Assembly (NCBI RefSeq): GCF_006345805.1
Contig: NC_043011.1
Coordinates: 3,720,001 to 3,784,000 of the forward strand
DNA length: 64,000 nucleotides
Direction: 5' to 3'
Source of the DNA: Octopus sinensis
Lineage: Eukaryota
Part shown: positions 54,440 through 64,000 of the stretch, in pieces
Layout of the letters: each line of letters opens with the position of its first letter
How positions within the stretch are numbered: the stretch's first letter is position 1
Notes under the pieces: model-generated
Told to the model about the DNA's origin: nothing
Databases searched by the model: none
Seen by the model: only the letters and a program-made list of their open reading frames with translations
Translations under genes and position numbers: made by a program

Positions 54440-55382
54440 TCTCTCTCTATATAAACGGCAGTTTGTCTGTCTGTGTGTCTGTGTGTCTGTCAGGTTGTAC
54501 CCTCACCCTGACCATGGCTTTCAACCGATTCTGTTGAAACTTGACACACACATAGCCCAATGTCATAATTCAAAACTAACGCAGCGAAAATTTTGAAAAG
54601 TTCCCCCAATTCTGAAAAAGATCGATAAATTCGACATTGGGTCGAGAATCAGAAACACAAACCACAGACTGTCTAGGGGACGCAACTCAACCTTTTTAAC
54701 TCTCAACTCCATCAATATCCAGCTACTTGAAGCTATTCCTGGTGATGTCCACGTCTACAAATCTATTGATAGGACAGCAGACCCCGCCGAGCTTGCCGAT
54801 TATCCTGTTGAATTCCTGAATTCACTTGAACTGCCAGGCCTGCCGCCACACATCATGAAGTTAAAAGTCGGTGTGCCCATTATGCTCATCAGGAATTTGG
54901 TTCCACCTAACCAGTGCAACGGCACACATCTGGTTGTGAAACATTTGCCACCACATTTAATGACGGCCACAATACTTACCCGTTGTGGGAAGGGAGAGGA
55001 CGCCTTTATTCCACGCATGCACCTTCAACCGTCGGGCGCTGACCTACCAATCTACTTCAGGCATTCCCAGTTTCCTGTTAAACTCTGCTTCGCTATGTCC
55101 ATCAATAAATCCCAAGGCCAAACGCTACAAGTCGCTGGGTTACAGTTGGCCGAACAGTGCTTCGCCCACGGTCAACTCTACGTGGGCTGTTCACGCATTG
55201 GGAGGCGCAATGACGTTTTCATGTTTTCGCCCAAAGGGACAGCTAGGAACATCGTATACACAGAAGTATTCGAGTGAAGAGAAGACATTGCAACCTACAC
55301 ATGCGCCTTCGTTCCCTAGAGGGAAAGGACTAGATTGGATTAGTCGTTGCCTACTAGGGGCAACACCGGGCTATGCAGCTAG
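54440..55382 (+). mobile_element. Internally deleted Helitron carrying the C-terminal part of a PIF1-family helicase
   Basis: A|TC...CTAG|T ends, no TSD, subterminal GGGGCAACACCGGG; stop-free frame 54699-55277 with YPVEFLNSL..PGLPPH..KLKVG.PIMLIRN, QFPVKLCFAMSINKSQGQTL, HGQLYV..SR. Confidence 0.92.
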
Positions 55383-56543
55383 TATCTAATAAAAAGGAAT
55401 GAGCTGTCTTTGGCTGCTATTTCTAAATTTTTGGTATGTGGTGAAGCAACTTGTTGCTTAACACCTAATTATATTTAACCATATATATATATATATATAT
55501 ATACAGTAAAAAATAGTCAAGGTAGAAAAGGCTAAAATAATTTTATAAAAAACATTTCAGTACCAGTTTTAGTCATTGAGACTTTTTCAATTGTAACTAT
55601 GGAAAACAATTAAATTTTGAAAAAGGAAAGAGAAGCAGGTGAAGAAGAAGAAGAAGAAGAAGAAGGGGGAGGGAGAGGGGGAGACGAGGAGGCGGGAATG
55701 CCATGATAGGATGTTAAATGGTCAAGTGCCCTGAAAGTGACTTGCTGTGGATGGTAGTAGTGACTGAATTCTTGAGACATCTCACCAATAGTGGTAAAGT
55801 TGGAAAGAAGGTGTCAGAGAGGAAAAAGAAGAATAAGGAGAATGAGAAGGGAAAATGAGAAGGGAATGCAGCTGGTAGTAGTAGGATGTTAAACAGTCAA
55901 GTGACCTAAATGTGACTCATTATAGATTATAGCAGTGATTGGGACTGTTTTTTAATGAATTCTTGGGAATCTCTTGAGTGTATCATTTTTAATATTTGCG
56001 TGTGTGTTTGTGTTATTCTAAGGCCGTGGATAAATCTCGTTCCATGCAACAAACAACATCACAATGATTTGAATTTTACCAGAAGAATATTGACAGGAGA
56101 TCGAAGGTTGACAGGAGAAAAAAGGAAAAAAGAAAAGGAAAAGGCGAAGGAAAAAGGTAAAAGGAAAGGTTCATTTGATCTTTGGGCTTGCATTTTGCAT
56201 CCTTAAGATGGCATGTGTGTGTACAGTTGGTTCAGGTACTTCCATCTACTTGAAGCAACTGTACACATATGTGCCATCTTTTAAGAATGCAAAATGTAAG
56301 CTTAAAGACCTGACAAACCTTTTCCTTTATTTTTTTGCGTTTTTCTCCTGTGAAACTTCGACCAGCTCAAATCATTCTGATGATGTTTGTTACATGGAAT
56401 GAGATAAATGCAACTTTACCTCAAAAATAACAAACTGAAACAGTCTCAAATGTCATCTTAACCATAATTAAACTATGATCATTCAATACTAATGATAAAC
56501 TTCTAATTGTTACATGTTGCTCCATTTCTTCTTTTATCTTATA

Positions 56544-56849
56544 CTAGCAGTATCGCCCGGCGTTGCTCGGGTTTGTAAGGGAAATAACTATATAAGCATT
56601 TTTAGAGAGTTACTTCCCTTATATAAACCGAGCAAAAAATGCATTAAAAAAAACGAAATGATGATGGTAAATTTTTTTTTTAATCGTAGACTCATCGTAG
56701 ATGCGCGCTAATACCCAGAAGGGCTTGATATGAATCCCGACTATAACATACCCGAATTTGGTTAAACTGTACCACAAAATGTGGGAGTAGTTAGGAATCT
56801 AAATCGGAGGAGACAGACTCTCACACAACTTCAGTTTTATATATAAAGA
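56544..56849 (-). mobile_element. Non-autonomous Helitron, 306 bp
   Basis: Minus strand A|TCTTTATATATAAAAC ... CCCGAGCAACGCCGGGCGATACTGCTAG|T. Confidence 0.85.
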
Positions 56850-57165
56850 TATATAGATATACACAAATACAAACACACATACATACAGACAGACATACAC
56901 ACATATACAGACAGATAGGTAGATAGATAGATAAATACACGCACCACATATATATATTTAAGCACACACACACACACACATGAAACATTAATATAATAGC
57001 CAGGCTCAATGTGATACCATAGAGAAAAAATTCCATCTTCACTAAGTGTGATTTAAGATGTGTGTCAGTGTGTGTGCATACTCTATGCACTCTTCCTACA
57101 CCATTAAACTTCTCTCTACCATTATTTAACTCTTATTTCTAGTAACACACACACACACACACATA

Positions 57166-57207
<42 letters not shown>

Positions 57208-58268
57208 TAAAAAATAGTCAAGGTAGAAAAGGCTAAAATAATTTTATAAAAAACATTTCAGTACCAGTTTTAGTCATTGAGACTTTTTCAATTGTAACTA
57301 TGGAAAACAATTAAATTTTGAAAAAGGAAAGAGAAGCAGGTGAAGAAGAAGAAGAAGAAGAAGAAGGGGGAGGGAGAGGGGGAGGACGAGGAGGCGGGAA
57401 TGCCATGATAGGATGTTAAATGGTCAAGTGCCCTGAAAGTGACTTGCTGTGGATGGTAGTAGTGACTGAATTCTTGAGACATCTCACCAATAGTGGTAAA
57501 GTTGGAAAGAAGGTGTCAGAGAGGAAAAAGAAGAATAAGGAGAATGAGAAGGGAAAATGAGAAGGGAATGCAGCTGGTAGTAGTAGGATGTTAAACAGTC
57601 AAGTGACCTAAATGTGACTCATTATAGATTATAGCAGTGATTGGACTGTTTTTTAATGAATTCTTGGGAATCTCTTGAGTGTATCATTTTTAATATTTGC
57701 GTGTGTGTTTGTGTTATTCTAAGGCCGTGGATAAATCTCGTTCCATGCAACAAACAACATCACAATGATTTGAATTTTACCAGAAGAATATTGACAGGAG
57801 ATCGAAGGTTGACAGGAGAAAAAAGGAAAAAAGAAAAGGAAAAGGAGAAGGAAAAAGGTAAAAGGAAAGGTTCATTTGATCTTTGGGCTTGCATTTTGCA
57901 TCCTTAAGATGGCATGTGTGTGTACAGTTGGTTCAGGTACTTCCATCTACTTGAAGCAACTGTACACATATGTGCCATCTTTTAAGAATGCAAAATGTAA
58001 GCTTAAAGACCTGACAAACCTTTTCCTTTATTTTTTTGCGTTTTTCTCCTGTGAAACTTCGACCTCCTGTCAATATTCCACTGGATGTAGCTCAAATCAT
58101 TCTGATGATGTTTGTTACATGGAATGAGATAAATGCAACTTTACCTCAAAAATAACAAACTGAAACAGTCTCAAATGTCATCTTAACCATAATTAAACTA
58201 TGATCATTCAATACTAATGATAAACTTCTAATTGTTACATGTTGCTCCATTCTTCTTTTATCTTTTAT

Positions 58269-58584
58269 CTAGCAGTATCGCCCGGCGTGCTCGGGTTTGT
58301 AAGGGAATAACTATAATAAGCATTTTTAGAGAGTTACTTCCCTTATATAAACCGAGCAAAAAATGCATTAAAAAAAACGAAATGATGATGGTAAATTTTT
58401 TTTTTAATCGTAGACTCATCGTAGACTCATCGTAGACGCGCGCTAATACCCAGAAGGGCTTGATATGAATCCCGACTATAACATACCCGATTTTGGTTAA
58501 ACTGTACCACAAAATGTGGGAGTAGTTAGGAATCTAAATCGGAGGAGACAGACTCTCACACAACTTCAGTTTTATATATAAAGA
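58269..58584 (-). mobile_element. Duplicate of the non-autonomous Helitron
   Basis: Same termini inside the second tandem unit. Confidence 0.85.
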
Positions 58585-58870
58585 TATATAGATATACACA
58601 AATACAAACACACATACATACAGACAGACATACACACATATACAGACAGATAGGTAGATAGATAGATAAATACACGCACACACATATATATATTTAAGCA
58701 CACACACACACACACATGAAACATTAATATAAATAGCCAGGCTCAATGTGATACCATAGAGAAAAAATTCCATCTTCACTAAGTGTGATTTGAGATGTGT
58801 GTCAGTGTGTGTGTATACTCTATGCACTCTTCCTACACCATTAAAAGTATTTTAACTCTTATTTCTAGTA

Positions 58871-58908
<38 letters not shown>

Positions 58909-59537
58909 CATGTGAAATAGAAAGATGAATAATCTTGTAGTAGATTAATCAATAGTTTAACCGATTTATTTCAGAAATTCTGAAATAGCTTTTAAGATAT
59001 CTACAATTAACCACTGCAAGGGAAATTACTCCTGTAAGACAAACGGGGCTTGTTTTTTCACAGCGGGGGGTTTCCTTGTCAAGGCAGGCTCAGATGAACA
59101 CACACACACACACATAAAACATAATATATATATATAATTTCTTTATTTTTTTTCTTTCTGCTACCCAACGGTTATCACGGCAGTAGCCACTGACAGCCGA
59201 ACGATCAAACGCACACAGTACACAAAAAATGTTTTCTACCCCTACGCCAACACACACATATATAGAACAGTATACACACACACAACGTCTCTAAGTAGAT
59301 TTTTTCTCGCCCCTATAAAAACATCCATATTCTTTAAATAGTCAGAACTTTATTCTCGGTCACAAAGAACATCTATACACCTTCACCCACATGATTGACC
59401 GATGCCTGACCTGTTGAATCTTCAGCCACCGGTTCTCAACATACACTGATAAACAGCTTCGCCATGGGCTCTTAGGAGCACAGTTCGATTTGTTTTTTGC
59501 TCTGCCTCTGTTCTGTTTTTGTTTTTCCAACGGATTT

Positions 59538-59632
59538 CCTTTTTTCTTCCTGAGAGAAAAGACACAATATGGTCCCATTATTCAATCGGATTTTGTAATT
59601 GTGCCTTTCGAAACACGTGTAGAATGAAAAAA
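59538..59632 (+). ncRNA. HHR-like fold whose core is one nucleotide short (CTGA-GA)
   Basis: Stem I TTTTTTCTTC/GAATGAAAAAA; stem II GAAAAGACACAAT/ATTGTGCCTTTC; GAAAC-ACGT-GTA with palindrome ACACGTGT. Confidence 0.45.
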
Positions 59633-59839
59633 ACGATTTCTGTTCAATCTGCGTTCAGCTCCATTTCTTCAATTCACCAATAATGTTTTAATTTCAATTA
59701 TCCGCACCAACGCACGGTTGCAACGCCAGATGGTTGTACCTCCAACCGTGCTGTTCACTGCTGTGATTTTTGCTACTAAGGTATCGGTTAAACTATTGAT
59801 TAATCTACTACAAGATTATTCATCTTTCTATTTCACATG

Positions 59840-59870
<31 letters not shown>

Positions 59871-60611
59871 TTTGCATAAATGCATATATTATATATATGT
59901 GTGTGTGTGTTTTTATCAATACATGTGACGCACATAGGGACAATAATATAAACTCATGTTTATCCCTATTTCAGATATGTGCATGCATATATGTGTGTAT
60001 GTGTATGTATATATATATATACACACACATACATACATACATATAGATACATACATACATATACATACATACATACAAAAACACATGCATACACACAGCG
60101 ATACATCTACACACATATGTGTGTGGATATGTATGCATGTGTGTGTTTGTGTGTGTTAATGCTATATATGTAGTTGTTAGTGTGTATATTTATATATTTA
60201 AATTAAAAGTCTAAAAGTAAATACCTCAATAAAGTGTTTGCTTAATCTGCTGTTTCTGGTTCACCTTTGCATTTTATAATTTCAAATTTCCCAATGCTAG
60301 ATTATCCTTACAGAATTCATAATGTAATCTTCAGAAAAGAATGCCGTATCAAACAGCTAACCTTTTGCACATATGTTATTGTATCTTCTATTCGATATTT
60401 GTTTAATGTTATTTTATATTTATGTTTAACTGATTCGCAATTTTAGATTTAAAATGTAAATAATACTTTTTTAAAAAGCTTTTCATTTTATTTTTAAATC
60501 ATAATTCTTACATTCGTTCTCATGTTTTAAATCCTTCATAACAACTCACACAAATATTATTTTGATATTGACAATGTATGCAATTTAGATAGATAATATT
60601 TTAATGTTTAT

Positions 60612-62885
60612 ACCACTGATGCTATATTCCTGGTAAGGCAGCTGCAGGAGAAATACCTAGCCAAAGATAAGCCCCTGTACCTAGCTTTCGTTGACATGGA
60701 GAAAGCTTTTGATAGGGTCCCCCGATCCCTTATCTGGTGGTCAATGAGGAAACTAGGGATAGATGAATGGCTGGTGAGGACTGTGCAAGCCATGTACAGA
60801 GATGCCGTAAGTAAGGTTAGGGTTGGCAACATGTACACAGAAGAATTCAAAGTAGAGGTTGGGGTCCACCAGGGTTCAGTACTCAGCCCCCTCCTATTTA
60901 TCATAGTACTCCAGGCAATTACGGAGGAATTCAAGACAGGCTGTCCCTGGGAGCTCCTCTAACCTGACGACCTTGCTCTTATTGCTGAGTCACTATCAGA
61001 ACTGGAGGAGAAGTTCCAGGTGTGAAGGAGGGTTTAGAATCAAGGGGCCTTAGAGTCAACCTAGCTAAAACCAAAGTACTAATAAGTAGAAGGTAGACAA
61101 TCCACAAATATCTTCAGGAAGATGGCCCTGCTCGATCTGTAGAAAAGGTGTAGGTAGAAACTCTATAAGATGTACCCAGTGTAAGCTATGGACACATAAG
61201 AGGTGCAGCAATGTCAAAGGTAGGCTAACTGGGAACATAGTTTTTGTATGTGGCAGATGCTCGGGAGCATTAACCTCCGAAAATCTGCAGAAAACAACTT
61301 CCGTCACTTTCCAGGGGGAAAAACTAGAAGTAGTTGATAGCTTCCGTTATCTAGGTGACCAAGTCAGTAGTGGGGGTGGGTGCGCTGAAAGTGTAACTGC
61401 TAGAATAAGAATAGCCTGGGCAAAGTTTAGGGAGCTCTTACCTCTGCTGGTGACTAAAGGCCTCTCGCTCAGAGTAAAAGGCAGACTGTATGATGCGTGT
61501 GTACGAACAGCCATGCTACATGGCAGCGAAACATGGGCTGTGACTGCTGAGGACATGCGTAAGCTCGTGAGGAATGAAGCCAGTATGCTCCGATGGATGT
61601 GTAATGTCAGTGTACATACTCGACAGAGCGTTAGCACCTTGAGAGAAATGTTGTACCTAAGAAGCATCAGTTGTGGTGTGCAAGAGAGACGATTGCGCTG
61701 GTATGGTCATGTGGCGAGAATGGATGAAGATAGGTGTGTGAGAAAGTGCCAATCCCTAGCAGTTGAGGGAACCCGTGGAAGAGGTAGACCCAGGAAAACC
61801 TGGGACGAGGTGGTGAAGCACGACCTTCGAACTTTAGGCCTCACTGAGGAAATGACCAGAGACCGAGACCTTTGGAAATATTCTGTACGTGAGAAGACCA
61901 GGCAGGACAAGTGAGCCCAGCCCACTTATGAATGCCTTTCCTCCCTTGGACACAAAGACCGGTTGAGGCAGCGAAGTCGATATAGAACCTCATCCGACGA
62001 CAGACACCCATCCCAACCCCCCATGCTTGCGAAGACATGTTGGGGCAAGCGAAATCGAATCGAAATCGAAACCGAATTGAACCAGCCAGGATCCCTGGCC
62101 TGGTGGTACGTAAAAAGCACTATCCGACTCGGGGCCGTGGCACGTAAAATACTCCAATGCGACCGTACGACAGGCACCCATGCCAACCCCCTTTGCTTGT
62201 GAAGACATGTTGGGGCAAGCGAAATCGAAATCGAATTGAACCAGCCAGGATCCCTGGTCTGTGTGTACGTAAAGCACTATCCGACTCGTGGCCGTGGCAC
62301 GTAAAATACTCCAATGCGACCGTACGACAGGCACCCTTGCCAACCCCCTTTGCTTGTGAAGACATGTTGGGGCAAGCGAAATCGAAATCGAATTGAACCA
62401 GCCAGTATCCCTGGTCTGGTGGTACGTAAAGCACTATCCGACTCGTGGCCGTGGCACGTAAAATACTCCAATGCGACCGTACGACAGGCACCCTTGCCAA
62501 CCCCCTTTGCTTGTGAAGACATGTTGGGGCAAGCGAAATCGAAATCGAATTGAACCAGCCAGGATCCCTGGTCTGGTGGTACGTAAAAAGCACTATCCGA
62601 CTCGTGGCCGATGCCAGCACCGCCTCGACTGGCTTCCGTGCCGGTGGCACAAAAAATACACCCATCTGACCGTGGCCGTTGCCAGCCCCGCCTGGCACCT
62701 GTGCAGGTGGCACGTAAAAAGCACCCACTACACTCACGGAGTGGTTGGCGTTAGGAGGGCATCCAGCTGTAGAAAATTGCCAAATTAGACTGGAGCCTGG
62801 TGCAGCCTTCTGGCTTCCCAGAACCCCGGTCGAACCGTCCAACCCATGCTAGCATGGAGAACGGACGTTAAACGACGATGATGAT
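60612..62885 (+). mobile_element. 5'-truncated RTE LINE: RT and C-terminal domain (60612-61914) plus long 3' UTR ending in (GAT)n
   Basis: TTDAIFLVRQLQEK, AFVDMEKAFDRVP, GVHQGSVLSPLLF, YADD mutated to *PDD, FRYLG, LHGSETW, RLRWYGHV.RM, GRGRPRKTW; a few stops and frameshifts. Confidence 0.95.
62012..62610 (+). repeat. 157-bp tandem array (about 3.7 units) inside the RTE 3' UTR
   Basis: Near-identical ORFs start at 62157, 62314 and 62471. Confidence 0.92.
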
Positions 62886-64000
62886 TCTCAAAAGCTTAAA
62901 ATGTATCTTATATGAATTTTAGAACAAAATTCAATAGTGTGATCAAATAGTTTTTATTACACACACATAAGATTTTTTTCTGATAACATTATTTTCTTTT
63001 CCATCAGCTTTGTCTCAATTCTAGATAAAGCGCTTGAGATTGTTAAAACTGGGATGCTTGCATTTAATGTTAATCAAAATAGGTTTAGAGAAATAGACTA
63101 AAAAATACAAAATTGTAATTCAAACTTGTATCAAAATTTCATTAAAAGAATGGTAATTTGATTTCCAAAACAAAAAGATGTGAGGGTTCTTTTTAATTAA
63201 ATTTTGCTTTAAGTTTGGATTTCTGATTTAGATCAAACCCTGTCATCACTCCTTTTGAAAATCATCTCAATTCTAATGATTTGAAATTCCAAACCTAAAG
63301 AGGAAGCTGAAATGAAACCTTCTACTTCCAATAATCGCTGAGAATCAAATCTAAGCCCTGGAGCCAAACTACAAATTCACAAATCCTTTAAAGTAGAGTA
63401 TGCCTCACTTTGTGTCTGTTTAACAGGACCTGTGATAAAGAATGCTATTTGTTTATCTTCATGTTAGCCCCAAAACAAGCAAAGTTATGATAAAAACCAT
63501 GACCATCCTCTATTAATTTTCAGACACAATATATCTAGAGATACATTATCCAATGAATCCTCCATTTTTTAAAACTGATTTAAAAGAGATTTGGTTGCTA
63601 ATTCTAGCAAGGTAAACACTCACATAAAGGCTCCACTGATAGCTCGCATATCAAAGATTATACTTTATGGTAAACTGATTTTCACACTGCATTAGACATA
63701 GGCATCAGAGATTCCGCTTTAAAGATGTCCTGAAATAGGACTTCAATGCTTTCGCTCTGAATATATGAGCAGAAGGCTTACAGAGAGTGACAATTTGACC
63801 TGAGGGACAGAAACCACTCTAAATCTCTATATTGAATTGTGAAAATGCATAGTAACACCACTTTCATCATTAATCCACAATAGGCAGGTTTTATTTATGA
63901 CTCAAATTATATATTTATATAATTGAGATCCTCAGTTTCAGACCAATTTTTTTGAAGGTTTAAAAATATATTGTAGTATTTTGACACTTTGCTTATAATA

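Larger units (their letters stand above)
55504..58908. repeat. Direct tandem duplication with a unit of about 1.7 kb (55504-57204 and 57205-58908)
   Basis: Near-identical sequence; the paired ORFs 55955/57641, 56175/57876 and 56514/58232 confirm the period. Confidence 0.95.

Noticed and set aside
68-60173. Many YI, CV, HT, LS and poly-I ORFs in the track
   Set aside because: Translations of TA, TG, CA, CT and AAT microsatellites; no coding signal.
62012-62610. CRISPR-like regular array
   Set aside because: Whole units repeat without unique spacers, inside a eukaryotic LINE UTR.
63007-63100. Candidate + strand exon FVSILDKALEIVKTGMLAFNVNQN after a good acceptor
   Set aside because: Weak donor and no recognisable protein; cannot be supported from sequence alone.

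Overview
Eukaryotic, AT-rich, repeat-saturated DNA. The SINE, RTE and microsatellite content resembles coleoid cephalopod (Octopus-like) genomes; this is inferred from repeat similarity, not from a database match. I find no host protein-coding gene I can support, and most listed ORFs are microsatellite translations. Recognisable elements are fragments of CR1, RTE (two types), R4/Dong-like and I/Jockey-like LINEs, two Penelope-like elements (PLEs), two Tc1/mariner remnants, Helitrons, a TTAA-flanked MITE, several SINE families, a full-length 5S rRNA pseudogene and a 1.7-kb tandem duplication. The main signal is a set of about ten type I hammerhead ribozyme (HHR)-like folds or half-folds: CUGANGA core, stem II, GAAAC, an often palindromic stem III, a GUH site and stem I. 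Several sit in the arms of divergent fold-back elements, as expected for PLE pseudo-LTRs. The best case is an approximately 800-bp fold-back at 50.9-51.7 kb with an HHR in each arm. Ribozyme activity is predicted only, and most repeat boundaries were read by eye.
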